From positions 72,540,001-72,604,000 of the forward strand of contig OZ024746.1 in assembly GCA_964016885.1 (NCBI GenBank): a DNA stretch of 64,000 nucleotides, given 5' to 3'. The position numbers and the translations under genes were made by a program. Under the pieces are notes generated by a model. That model saw only the letters and a list, made by a program, of their open reading frames with translations, had not been told where the DNA came from and did not search any database. Origin of the DNA: Eledone cirrhosa (taxonomy: Eukaryota). Below, piece by piece: positions 14,645-27,630 of this stretch (positions are counted from its first letter, which is position 1; the number at the start of each line of letters is the position of its first letter).

Positions 14645-15130
14645 ATTTCACCCACAATCCCCCAATTTACCCTCAGTGCCCCAATTTACCCACAATGCCC
14701 CAATTTACCGACAATGCCCCAATTTACCCACAATCCCTCAATTTACTCACAATCCTCCAATTTTCCCACAATCCCACAATTTACCCAAAATCCCCCAATT
14801 TACCCACAATCTCTCAATTTACCCACAATCCTCCAATTTATCCATAATCCTCCAATAATCCCTTCTTTTACCCACCATTTTACCCAGTATTATATTCATC
14901 AATTTACCTAAAATCCCTAAGTTACCCACAATCCACAACCACCTTTTTACTTACAATCCCTTCTTTTACCCACTATTTTACCTTGCAATTACCCATTATT
15001 ATACCCACAATTCTCTAATTTACCTAACATTTTATCCCCCACCATTTTGTCAAAAAACTTACTCCACCAAATAGCCCATCATGTTGACTCAAATTCACCT
15101 CTACCTACCAATTCACCCACCAAAACCCCG
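14645..15130 (+). repeat. Minisatellite of about 19-20 bp (aatttacccacaatcccc)
   Basis: Visible tandem repeats. Confidence 0.75.
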
Positions 15131-15794
15131 CAATATACTCGGTGCCCCAGCATGGCCTCAGCCGGATGGCTGAAACAGGTAAAAGAGTAAAAGAGTAACC
15201 ATTATTTTATGAACCATTTTACCCACACCCACTTGCTTTCTACTTTGAATAGGAGCCGGAAAGAAGGCCCCTGAAGACTGCATCACCATAACAACGAGTA
15301 CACGATTGTTTCGTGTACTAATCGATTTATCGATGAGATGAGATGACAGTTACACTCTCAAGTAAAACAACTGCACCGTTTGTCCCTGTGTGTTAATGTG
15401 GTTTATCTATCGCGACGGTTTAACGGAGCTGCAAAGTTTTGTGGATGTGGTAGTGGTGGTGGTGTTACAGAGACGAAGACTTGTTTCTGTATGCAAGTAT
15501 ATATATATGTGTGTGTGTGTGTGTGTATGTGTGTTTTATGTTCTTGGATGTATCCATGTGTGTATCGGTATACGATTTATGTATGAGGGAGATGTCTATG
15601 TGTGTTTCTGCCACTCTGTGTCTGTTGGTCTTTAAATATGTGTGTATGGTGTGATTGTATGTGTGTATGTTATACAGTGCAATATAAAGTGGATATATTG
15701 TAGCCTAGAGATATAATTTAACATTTGAAGTATGACAAAAAATAAATTTGGAACACTTCAAATAGATTTAAAAACTCAATACCATATTATCTTG

Positions 15795-16030
15795 TTCTAC
15801 ACTTCACTACATTACACTACATTACACTACACTACATTACACTATACTACTCTACACTTTACAACATAACACTTCACTGTATAACACTACAGTAAACTAC
15901 ACTAAACTTTACTACACTACACTTTACTACACACTTCACAGCATAACACAACTGTAAGCTACACTACATATACTACACAACACTTCACTGCTTGACACTA
16001 CAGTAAACTTCACTAAACTTCACTACATTT
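15795..16030 (+). repeat. Degenerate (ACACT)n pentamer repeat
   Basis: Visible tandem repeats. Confidence 0.7.
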
Positions 16031-16710
16031 CTCATGAAATATATTATATATTGATATATTTAAATTGAGTTCAAATCCCGCCGGGGTTAGCTTTGCATTT
16101 CATCCTTACAGACTCGATATGATAAAGTATTATTACCACGCAGAACAGGGCGGTGGATTAACAGAGTCGGATAAAATACTTTGCGGTATTTAGTTACGAC
16201 TTCCTACGTTCTGAGTTCAAATCCCGCCTTCAAAGTCAACTTTACCTTTCATCTTTCTGGAGCTGATTTTCCCCTTCCTGCAAATTGATGGCCTTGTGCT
16301 AATGCTAGAAAAAAATAGTACCACAAACAACAGTTGAACAAAATATGCTCACAAGTGTGATATTGATTTCTTTCAATGATTTTGTGACATCTTTGAGACA
16401 TGGTTAGGAAAAATTAGAATTTCTTCCCAGGATTCTATAATCACGTTGAACAGATCGTTGAGATTCGATAGTTTCTAGGTTGCTGATGTCATGATCGATT
16501 CCGTTCCAAATCGATTCAGCCCGTTTATGAAAAGTTGTCCCCAAATGTTTAAGTCTCTGTACGTGTTATATACAGATTACTTAATGCCAACTGCACTCAA
16601 CTGATCTCTGCCAATCTCTCCACGACTCTGTCTTCTCTGTAAAACATTTCTATGTTCTATCACACTTAGGATGATCATGGTAGCTAAGAGTATCTCAGGA
16701 TGTGATGGCA

Positions 16711-16822
16711 GTAATAATTGTTTCTACTTTTGGCACAAGGCCAGCAATTATTGCAGTGCATTACTGGTACTTTATTTTATCGACCCCGAAAGGATGAAAG
16801 GCAAAGTTAACCTCGGCGGGAT
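16711..16822 (-). mobile_element. SINE family 1, 3' half
   Basis: Match to the consensus core and tail. Confidence 0.7.
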
Positions 16823-16973
16823 TTTTTTCTTTTTAAGTTACGGCCCTTTACGCCGAGGTTAACTTTGCCTCGTCGTATTTCAACGTATGAAAGTTCAACA
16901 GTTTTCTCAGTTCATTTTTTATGATTATGCTTTAAATGGTACTTCAGTCCAGCTGCTTATTTACACATGTGTG

Positions 16974-17581
16974 TAAACACCGGCATTATAATAAATGTTC
17001 GATAAATCCATACGTACATATATATATGTGTGCATGTATGTATATATATATACATACTACTGTACGTTTGTATACATATATGTATGTACGTGTACATACT
17101 TATATTTAAGTAACAGCCGTACTAAGATTGGGAAATGAAATTTCGTTTCATTTTTTCCGTTTATCGTTTTCGGTGCACCCGGCCGATTAATCCAATCGAT
17201 ATGCAAATTGGGCTATTCAGCCGTTAATATGCATAAGGTAAGTATATACGTTCAACAATCTGGCAGGAAGGTATACGTTGCTGACGATAGCTAATAAGCT
17301 TGAAACTAGTACAGCGTTCCTTTGTCAGTGATGAACAAACGAACAACGATGGTTGGTGGACACTACGGCTTAATACGGGATGTTTGTTTACAAACACACC
17401 GGGCATTATAATAAATGTTCGATAAATCCATACGTACATATATATATGTGTGCATGTATGTATATATATATATACATATTACTGTACGTCTGTATACATA
17501 TATGTATATACGTGTACATACTTATATTTAAGTAACAGCCGTACTAAGAGTGGGAAATGAAATTTCGTTTCACTTTTTCCG

Positions 17582-17586
<5 letters not shown>
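16974..17586 (+). mobile_element. Retrozyme-like partial tandem (about 1.45 x 420 bp), family B
   Basis: Direct repeat with a 420-bp period (16981 vs 17401). One HHR, 3' end in (TA)n, reverse-complement homolog of 653-1117. Confidence 0.75.
17275..17317 (+). ncRNA. Minimal type I hammerhead ribozyme, family B
   Basis: acgttg-CTGACGA-tagctaataagctt-GAAA-ctag-TA-cagcgt. Confidence 0.85.
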
Positions 17587-17658
<72 letters not shown>

Positions 17659-17749
17659 TTATTAATATTCCTCACCTCCACAATATATATATATCCTTCC
17701 ATATACTGTACCGATTGTGTTGATATTTCTCTTTACCTTTTACATACAT

Positions 17750-17813
<64 letters not shown>

Positions 17814-17843
17814 AGATCAAAAGATGGTTAAAGGAGTTCCATG

Positions 17844-17914
17844 TATTTTATTATGCGCATTTCAAAAACAAACATCATCATGCAATAATATTTGTGTTTT
17901 CATCAGATAAAACA
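17844..17914 (-). ncRNA. Type I hammerhead ribozyme in PLE pseudo-LTR
   Basis: Reverse complement of the motif at 20526-20596. Confidence 0.8.
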
Positions 17915-18824
17915 GGAGGACATGATATGAAGGCTAAAAAACACTTGTGGATAGTGCAGTTTTAAATCAACATATGAAAAGTAGTTTTAGATTGATGTGT
18001 GATATTGGGAAAAATATTTTATTTAGAGAGGGGCGGTGGGGTGGAAAGGATGAAAAAAGGGGAGGAGATGAGAGTGAAGGTGGAGAGGGAGAGATGGGTG
18101 ATAGAGAGAAAGAGATAGTTTTTATAACTGAGAAAAGATATATTGTTTTACATAGAGAGGTTGAAAACCGTTGGAAGATAATGTATAAATTAAAAGAATT
18201 TGAAAATTAACGAAGGGAAAAATATGTACGAGGAAAGAGAGGGAGTTTATATGTATTGAGATTAAAAAGTTTGAAGATAGAGAGAAAAAATAATAATTGC
18301 GGATGAATATTATAACGTCAAAAAAAAGGTGTATGTTTATAAGTATTATGGCAATTTCAAAATTAACGAAGAGAAAAAAATTATTAAGGTTTGTGTGTTG
18401 AAGGATTTGAGAAAAATAATGTGAAGTTAAGGTTTGTATATTGAAGGAATTGATAATATGTGCGAAGAAAGAGTTAATATGTATTAAGAATGAGTTAGAT
18501 GATGGGGAGAAAAAATAATAAATTAAGGATAAATATTCAAGCGTCAAAAGAAGGAGAGGGAGTTAATGTATTGAGATTAAAAAGTTTGATGATGGAGAGA
18601 AAAAATAATAATAATTGCGGATGAATATTCTAACGTCAAAAAAAAACAAATGTATATGTTATGAAGGATTTTACAAGGTGAAGATAGAATGAGGGTAATG
18701 AGTAAACAAGTATTATAGAGTGTATAATGCCCTTTGAAGTAAGGTAGGAAGATGGGTATATTTTAAAGAGGTGTATGTATATGTGCCTTTGAGAAAAGAT
18801 TCTAAATTGATAAAGAATTGAATA

Positions 18825-20258
18825 TTAGCTGTATACTTTGTGAAAAGTCCTATGGAATTTATGCAAGCAGATAGAAAACAAATCTGTACGTCTATTTATT
18901 ATAGAATCTAGATTAGAGATAATGGTAAATTTTTCATTTAGGCAGAGATTACAGATTTTAGATAGAGAGCTGTTCAAGTATGAGGACGCAGAAGAAACCT
19001 TCTTCCAAAAGATGGTATATTTAATGTTTTTGTCTTTCAAGGACCATATGAGTTCTGAGAGAGCCGTGTTGGTTCTTTTAAGTTTGTATTTAAAAGATGA
19101 ATGATGATTATAGAGACGAGCTTTAAAAGAGGTGGAAGTGGAGCCAAAATAGGTGAAGGAATTGGTGCTAGTTATAACTTTACATTCATAAATTAAGTTT
19201 TTATCAAGACAATGGTTGTTGAGAGGACATTTATTTTTAATGCGGCAGTTGCAATTAGAGAGATTATTAATGAGTGACCTAGTGTTATCTATAGAAGGAA
19301 TTGGATTGGAGAAGTTGTTTGCGATAGGAATAATAGGAATAATAGTTTCTTGATTTAGAGTTGGATTATGAACATTTAGCGAAGTTGTGTTTGACGTTGT
19401 ATTTGGGTTTACAGAAGTTAGCCTAGGGTTTACAATGACGTCGGGAGTACTATTACTGTTATTATGAAATTCAATGTTGGAAGGAAGAGATTTAGTATTT
19501 AGTATTTTATTGTTGTGTTTAGAGATAATGTTGGAAATATTGGAGGATGTAGAATAAGAAAATTTTAAGGTGTGTTTGTTAAATATTTTACTATAGATAT
19601 GTGAGGGAGGGAAGCATTTATTTAAGGCACTAAAAAATAATTTAGGAATATTGTTATTAATAGAGATGGAGAAAGGAGCATTATACCAGATTATGTTTTT
19701 GTATCTAGGTCTTTTATTAAAGTTATTGGAATGATCATGATTAATTATTCTACTGTAATTTTTCTAGAATTTGTTTCTTTACTATATTTGATTTTATCAG
19801 GATAACCGGCTTTAGAAAGTGCGTTATTATAGTAATTGGCGTTAGCATCAAAGATGTTTTTATTAGAAGATATGTTAGATATTCTTTTTCCAATATTACT
19901 AACTATAGCATTCTTGATATTGGTAGGATGGTTAGATTTAAAGTTAACATAATTTAGGTTCTCATTGTTTTTATGGTAAGGGTAATATAGGCCAGTGTCA
20001 AGATTAAGAGATACATCCAAGAAATTAGCTAGTTTGATACTATTATCAAATTCAATTTTTAGGTTATGTTGGTTAAAGAGATTACGTATATTGTTCTTAA
20101 TAATATTAAGGTTAACTATATTGCAATTTAAGATAGTAAAGAGTCCATCGTCACGATAAATTCCACCGCGAAGTTGAGGAATTTTCCGACTCAAAGAGTT
20201 CAAAATAAAGATACCAATTAAATCAGTCAATTGGGATGAATCGGATGCTCCCATTGTG
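18825..20258 (-). pseudogene. Naiad-type PLE RT C-terminal half plus GIY-YIG endonuclease (one frameshift near 19760)
   Basis: TMGASDSSQLTDLIG..GIYRDDGL..NFLDVSLNL..SNHP, then by manual translation IIWYNAPFS..KIFNKHTLKFSYS..CNCRIKNKCPLNNHC..LIY..YFGST..FKARLYNH..CNLCLNEK..CLH. Confidence 0.85.
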
Positions 20259-20525
20259 ATTATCTTCCAACGGTTTTCAACCTCTCTATGTAAAACAATA
20301 TATCTTCTCTCAGTTATAAAAACTATCTCTTTCTCTCTATCACCCATCTCTCCCTCTCCACCTTCACTCTCATCTCCTCCCCTTTTTTCATCCTTTCCAC
20401 CCCACCCCCCTCTCTAAATAAAATATTTTTCCCAATATCACACATCAATCTAAAACTACTTTTCATATGTTGATTTAAAACTGCACAATCCACAAGTGTT
20501 TTTTAGCCTTCATATCATGTCCTCC

Positions 20526-20596
20526 TGTTTTATCTGATGAAAACACAAATATTATTGCATGATGATGTTTGTTTTTGAAATGCGCATAATAAAATA
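20526..20596 (+). ncRNA. Type I hammerhead ribozyme in inverted PLE pseudo-LTR
   Basis: tgttttat-CTGATGA-aaacacaaatattatt..atgatgtttgttttt-GAAA-tgcgca-TA-ataaaata, with palindromic stem III. Confidence 0.8.
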
Positions 20597-20729
20597 CATG
20601 GAACTCCTTTAACCATCTTTTGATCTTATATATTATGTATACTCCAGTCCTACAAACTGTAGAGTGCTTCTTATCCGATATCTGCATTGCTTTATTGTAC
20701 TACAATAAAACTCACCTCCTACATTATAA

Positions 20730-20805
<76 letters not shown>

Positions 20806-20891
20806 GCTCTACGGTTCTTATATATTTGATATATATTTATCCTTATAGAGCCCTCTTTGGATTTTGTCTTCAAATTTATTATTATTACTAT

Positions 20892-20979
<88 letters not shown>

Positions 20980-20990
20980 CATTTATTAAT

Positions 20991-21404
20991 TTATTATTTG
21001 TGTGACCCGAATTTTCCTGGTCGTTTTTTTCGGCTGTGTGAATGATTTTAAGCATTGTCTCTATGTGTTGGTATTTTAACGATAGTTATAGCTCTGGTTT
21101 ACCCAAACTATTGAGCCCTCTGCCACACATTTCGAAGATTGTGTTTCGTGATTTCGTGAGCCGGGATTCCGATTCTCGATTATTTATTTGTATATATATA
21201 CATATATAAATTACCGAGAATCGCATTTCGGCTATTGGAAATTAGCGAAAAACAACTTCCGAGATGTGTGGCAAGCGCTCCATAGAAGCTAGTGAACTAG
21301 AGCTACAACATACGTTAAAAGGCCAAACACACTGAGACGATGGTTAAACCATTAACTGCAAAGCCATATAAGCGAACAAGCTATTCGGGTCAAACAAATA
21401 ATAA
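20991..21404 (+). repeat. Long imperfect hairpin (rod-like inverted repeat)
   Basis: ttattatttgtgtgacccgaat pairs with attcgggtcaaacaaataataa and tgccacacat with atgtgtggca. Complementarity is colinear across arms of about 200 nt. Confidence 0.75.
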
Positions 21405-21462
21405 GATATGATTGAAAATTATACCCGGACCCTCGGAAACGGTGGTAAAATCATATATATAA

Positions 21463-21510
<48 letters not shown>

Positions 21511-21599
21511 GGTAAACAGAAATAACAACACAATCGGTACAGTATATGGAAGGATATATATATATATATATTGTGGGGCTGGGGAATATTAATAAGTAT

Positions 21600-22035
21600 A
21601 TATATGTATATATATTTTATTTATGCCTAATACCTTTGCGTGTTTACTTCATATATATGACTAACGCATGTGCACTTTCTACACGCCTGCATATGTACTG
21701 TTAGTGTCCTCATTCTACATCAATGCCTCTTTAATTATTAGATTATTCCCTTGTATTATCTGTCCCATGTATTCCACTCTGTGCTTTTAATTTTAATTTT
21801 AATTATTGTACAATTCTCGTATAATATATGTCGCATCCATTCCACCCTGTAAGTACGAAACTGTTGTTCACAACATCAATATATATGTATCTATATGATT
21901 GTTCAGTTGAATAGGAGGTTAATTATATGTACAAACATTGCTAATGCTCCGGTGACTCAAAACGAAAGTTTGGAAGAAACGATTGTCAGCAATAAAATGA
22001 TTTGAACATAACTTTGATAATTGTGTAATTTTTAT
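21600..22035 (+). mobile_element. Solo PLE 3'/pseudo-LTR-like fragment with degenerate HHR
   Basis: Shares taattat..aatgctcc..gtttggaagaaacgattgtcagcaataaaatg with 36460-36540 and is flanked by TA tracts. The 5' boundary is approximate. Confidence 0.5.
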
Positions 22036-22047
22036 ATATATATATAT

Positions 22048-22120
<73 letters not shown>

Positions 22121-22159
22121 TATATATATATATTCATTTTTAGCGGAAGCGAAACTATA

Positions 22160-22209
<50 letters not shown>

Positions 22210-23306
22210 TATAGTTTCGCTTCCTCTAAAAATGAATTGAAGCAAGAATGCTAGAATGCTATAAGGGAAATCTTCTTAGAAACCATTTTGCTCAAAAGCA
22301 CCAATGTAAAAGAAAGGATTTTCGTTCAAAATGAAAGCTTATGAAAAGATTAAAATAAGAAATGTGGCAATACAATATGTATTTAAATATGAAACCATTA
22401 ACTATTTCTCTTTAACTAAAAGATGAGATATCATCTTAATCATATTCACTGAACATATTTCAGTCATATCTATTCTCCGATGTTAATGTATTTACTGTGC
22501 ACTGTTTCTGAAATATATTTTGGATATAGAAAAAAAAACAGACGACACAAATTAAAAATGGCGCGGGATATAAAATAGATCGAAAGTATTGCGTAGGCGG
22601 CCTGAGGAAAATGGCGAAAAATAGACGGACAATTCGGTTGGGTTAAAATAATGACATTATATTCTCAAGATGAAGGGGATAATAATTACGGATATTAAAA
22701 AGTACAAAATGTGGACTAATATAGATAGCTGGCGGAATGTAGGGGAGAATGGAGATAAAGTTAGAGAAAGAAGAATGGTAATATATTTACTGAATTAGAT
22801 CTAATTATTCTCTTGACCTTGCATCAATGTCAGTCCTATTCGTAAAAGAAACTGAGAATATTTGTGTGTGTTAGCTGTGTGTGTGAACGTGTTCCTGTAT
22901 TCATGCATGCATGTGTGTTTATGTGTGTTTGTGTTCGTGCATACGTGCTTGTGTGTGAAAGTGTTCGTGCGTGCATACATATATATATGTGTAGAACTAT
23001 TCGTGTGGGGGGTCGTGTGAATGAGTGTATGTAGTGCTAGGTCGTATTGATTGCTAAAATAGAAGTGAACGACAAAATTCGCTGCCAATTGGTTCCAACG
23101 AGATTTGAACCCAAAGTTATCTGGCTTATGATTAATTCACCGAATAAAGAAACACATTCGTATTACTGGAAAAATAAAATTCCTTGTAATTCATCTATTG
23201 TGAAAGCACCATATATGCGCGCGCGTGTGCATGTGTGTGAGAGAGAGAGCGTGTGTGTGTGCGAGAGAGAGAGTGTGTATGTATTTTATTTTTTCGCGCA
23301 CTAATA

Positions 23307-23488
23307 TAATTGTTTCTGCTTTTGGCACAAGGCCAGCAATTATCCCAGTACATTACTGGTACTTTATTTTATCGACCCCGTAAGGATGAAAGGCAAAGTT
23401 AACATCGGCGGGATTTGAACTCAGACCGTAAAGGACCGTAACTCTATGCTGCAAATCATGGCGTCCGACCCTTTACCGATACTGCCAA
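23307..23488 (-). mobile_element. SINE family 1
   Basis: Full-length reverse-complement match. Confidence 0.8.
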
Positions 23489-23914
23489 TAATGGTTTGTG
23501 AAAGCAGATGACTTGGAAATCTGAGTGCTGGACTCATCATCGTAAGGTGGTAAGTTCGATTTTCAGACCAGACGATGCAAGATACTTTATTTTACATTAC
23601 TCCTGTCCTCTCATTTGGCAAAGCTGAATTACGACGACATACATGTACCAAGATGTATCGGTCTTTGCCTTTCCCTTGGACATCATGTATTGTGTATATA
23701 TAGTGAAAAAGTGTATATTAGTTGCGACGATACTGATTCAAAGCTGTATCGGCCTTTACCTTCCCAGCGTCAGTGACGTGGAAAGGAAATAGTTGCGTTC
23801 GTGGGCGACTGCTTGTCATCTACAAAACCCCCACCCCAGGCTTGTATCTCGGAAAGGTAAACCCATGGACAATCAGTCATACGGGTAAAACCCAGAAACA
23901 TGCAGGTAGTTTGA

Positions 23915-24290
23915 TCCATTCTTCAGCAACTCTGAGCGTGAAAAAAATGTTTCAGAAAGTCATGGGAGCTGTGCTGTTTTCTGACTTTGTAGGCATGCCC
24001 ACGTGTGTTAGACACATTTAATTCAAAAGGGTGCTCAGGGTTGTTGTTGGCAAGATGGTTAATAATTTTGTGGGTGTTTACCAAGTCAGTTGCCAGACGT
24101 CGGAGCTTCAATGTATCCATGCCCAGGAAAGTAAGGCGTTCAGAGTATGGTAGATGCCTGATGGAGGGTATTCGCTTGGTTGCACATCTCTGAACAGTTT
24201 CCAGGAGGTCAATGTTCTGAGCAAGATAGGGGGTTCCAGACTGGTGATGCAAATTCTAAGCGTCGCTGCACCATAGCTATATACAGCCTG
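23915..24290 (-). mobile_element. CR1/L2-group LINE ORF2 C-terminal fragment
   Basis: LEFASPVWNP / YLAQNIDLLETVQRCATKRIP..LPYSERL..TLKLRRL..DL..TRGH..K..KHFF. Confidence 0.8.
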
Positions 24291-24641
24291 AAATGGAAAA
24301 GAAAAACGTTTTGAAAAAGAGCTATACTTGGGCACGTGCGTAAACATGTGTGTGTCTGTGTGTGTGCACGCGCGCGCCTTATTATACCTCCATACGAAGC
24401 TAAGAATAAATGTGTGTGTATATTTAAGTAAAAGAGTGTGTGTGCATGTAAGTACGAAGCTATGAGCAAAAGTATGTTAATATAAGGGTGTGTATGTGCG
24501 TATACAGAGCAGTGAAGGGTAAAGTGGAGTGAGCATATATAGTCGGTCTTTATTAGTTGTAAGAGGAGATGTTAATGATCAAGAGAGAGCGATAGGAATC
24601 TAGGGGTGAATGTACAAGCGCGTGTGATAATGGGCGGGGTA

Positions 24642-25400
24642 TTAAAGAAATTGGGGGTTGAGTCCAAGAGGGGAATAAGACCCAAGGCTGTGAATCAGGT
24701 TTTGTTTGGTTCTGGTGCTCGAGGCCTGTGATCCATGATGTAAAAGGACACCCAGGACTGAAGCATGTTGGGAAGAATGACCAGGAGAACAGAAATGACG
24801 GGCGACAGGAGTATCCAAACCGAGTCGTATGTCCCTCAAATGCTCAGCAAAGCGGTCCGCCATACGGAGGGCATAGACAACGTGGGTGGATGTGCAGATG
24901 TGGTGAGTGGTGAGGGTGGAAATGAAGGGACAAGTTTTGCAGCGGGAACGAGAACAAGGATGAGAGCCGGGTGGAGTCGTGAGAGAGGACGAAAAGGAAC
25001 TGCGAACCAGGAGGTCACGGGGGTTGCGGGCGCGCTTAAAAGCAGTAATGGGTGGGTTTGGAAAAAAGTGAGTAGTGATGGGGTCAGAAGAGAGGGTGCG
25101 GAAGGAAGGGAGGATATGTCGCCGGAGTGGTAGGGAGATGGGGTGGTAGGTGAGAGGGAAAAGAACTCGAGTGTTGGAGGGGTGAGAGGGCTGTGGTGTG
25201 GTCTGTTTCACGGGCGCGGGTGAGAGCAGCTTGGATCAAGGTGGGGGGATGTCCACATTGGATGAAGCAGGAAGCCACGTGAAGGGAAAGGGTTTCAAAA
25301 TCGTCGTCCTGGCTACAGAGCCGACGAAGACGGAGGAATTGGGAATAGGGTATGGAGTGTTTGGTGTGGGTGGGATGGGAGGAGGTGAAGTCGAGGTTAC
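24642..25400 (-). mobile_element. Penelope-like element fragment (Neptune-type thumb, Cys linker, GIY-YIG C-terminus)
   Basis: [89 protein letters not shown] across frameshifts. Confidence 0.8.
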
Positions 25401-25479
25401 ACACGTATATATATACATATATTTATCCATATATATATATATATATACATATATTTATCCATATATATATATATATTCA

Positions 25480-25551
<72 letters not shown>

Positions 25552-25608
25552 TAGATAGATATATATATAGATATATATATTATATTTATATATTATATAT
25601 ATATATTA

Positions 25609-25651
<43 letters not shown>

Positions 25652-25869
25652 AGCCTCAATTTTATAGCCATGTCAGGAGACATTTTGGCAGGTGAACGGT
25701 GACCTGTACTGATGAAGGGTGATACCCAGAAACATTACTGTTTGCAATTCTGTTCACATGCCAACATAAGAGCAAGAATGAAGTGTTCATTCTCTTGACA
25801 TGGCTATAAAATTGAGGCTTGTTTGCAAAATTGCAAACGAATCGAATGTTATTAATAATATTCGAAAAA

Positions 25870-26060
25870 CGGTGGATTGGCAGTATCGGTAGAGAGTCGG
25901 ACACCATGCTTTGAAGCATAGAATTACGTCCCTTTATGATCTGAGTACAAATCCCGCCGAGGTTAACTTTGCCTTTCATCCTTACGGGGTCGATAAAATA
26001 AAGTACCAGTAATGTACTGGATAATTGCTGGCCTTGTGCCTGAAAATAGAAACAATTATT
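25870..26060 (+). mobile_element. SINE family 1 with TSD
   Basis: Consensus match with taatattcgaaaaa duplicated on both sides. Confidence 0.85.
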
Positions 26061-26121
26061 AATATTCGAAAAACTCGATTACATTTATTGTATTCAGCCA
26101 TGTAGAGCGAAATTTTCTTTT

Positions 26122-26270
<149 letters not shown>

Positions 26271-26829
26271 ATTTTGTATATATATGCATATATATGTATA
26301 TATATATGTGTATATATATATATGTGTGTGTGTGTGTATATGTATATATATATATATATGTGTGTGTGTGTATGCGTGTGCGCTTGTATGTGTGCGTGTA
26401 TAAGTGGGCACCTGTGTGAAAAGTGCTTGTTGACACCTGGAATATAAATTAAGAGAAACTTCACAATAAGGGGAAGCACCTCAACACTTAGAACACTTTC
26501 TGCCTTTGTCACCCTTATTTCAGCCTTAAAGAATTAGCTCCTAAAGAATTTCCCTTTTCTTTAAACCAATGAACCCCATCCATTCTGTAGACACCTGACT
26601 TACAGGCATTGTTAGTTTAAGAGAAAAACAAGGATTGGTATTCCAATTTGAATTTGTTTACAGTATTCTTTCTGCCTTTGTTAATATTATAGCTTTAAAG
26701 AATTAGCTTTTAATGAACTCCCTTTTCTTTAAATCCATCAACCAATAACCTCCACCCATCCAAATCCCCACCCTCTCCTACCACCAGAAAAGATAAGATA
26801 TATATACCACCACATTTACTGGGACAGCC

Positions 26830-26878
26830 AGCTTCCTGATGATTCCTCATAAATGAAACAGTTCTAGTCCTGTAGAAG

Positions 26879-26880
<2 letters not shown>
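26830..26880 (+). ncRNA. Type I hammerhead ribozyme (family C) at the 3' end of a repeat abutting (TA)n
   Basis: agcttc-CTGATGA-ttcctcataaat-GAAA-cagttctagtcctg-TA-gaagct. About 190 bp of context is shared with 45310-45510. Confidence 0.75.
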
Positions 26881-26936
<56 letters not shown>

Positions 26937-26954
26937 TAATATATATATATATAC

Positions 26955-27045
<91 letters not shown>

Positions 27046-27195
27046 GCATAATATATATATATGCATAATATATATACATAATATATATATATATATATAT
27101 ATATTTATCCATATATACATATAAATATACATATATGTAAATATATATATCTGTATATATATGTGTGTGTGTGTGTATGTATGTATGTATATATA

Positions 27196-27236
<41 letters not shown>

Positions 27237-27282
27237 GAAAAGTATAGAAATTATTGTAGCAAGAAGCCAACAGTATTCCATA

Positions 27283-27314
<32 letters not shown>

Positions 27315-27315
27315 T

Positions 27316-27392
<77 letters not shown>

Positions 27393-27434
27393 TTTATATA
27401 TATATATTTACATATACACATATATAGAGAGAGA

Positions 27435-27509
<75 letters not shown>

Positions 27510-27630
27510 TTCTGATAGATCTGTCAGGAAATGTCAGTGGAAACTTTTAGTAAATTAAATAGGAAGATTTGCAACATCTCGACGAATGACCCCTGTGTCA
27601 CTTCCGACGCTAACACATTACAATTATTCC

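Larger units (their letters stand above)
17804..20730 (-). mobile_element. Penelope-like element (Naiad-type), 5'-truncated, with inverted pseudo-LTR
   Basis: RT and GIY-YIG coding sequence on the minus strand at 18825-20258. 17804-18182 is the reverse complement of 20259-20636, followed by a tail of about 94 bp. (TA)n on both sides. Confidence 0.88.

Noticed and set aside
14313-16620. Faint Tc1/mariner-like remnants at 14313-14501 and 16370-16610
   Set aside because: Only weak peptide resemblance, with no TIRs or catalytic motifs visible.
20259-20347. Apparent N-terminus MGDREKE.. of the RT ORF
   Set aside because: It comes from the antisense strand of the inverted pseudo-LTR, not from real coding sequence.
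25703-25740. CTGATGA-agggtgataccca-GAAA-cattac
   Set aside because: Core and stem II are good but stems I and III cannot be formed convincingly. It is probably a decayed HHR and was not counted.
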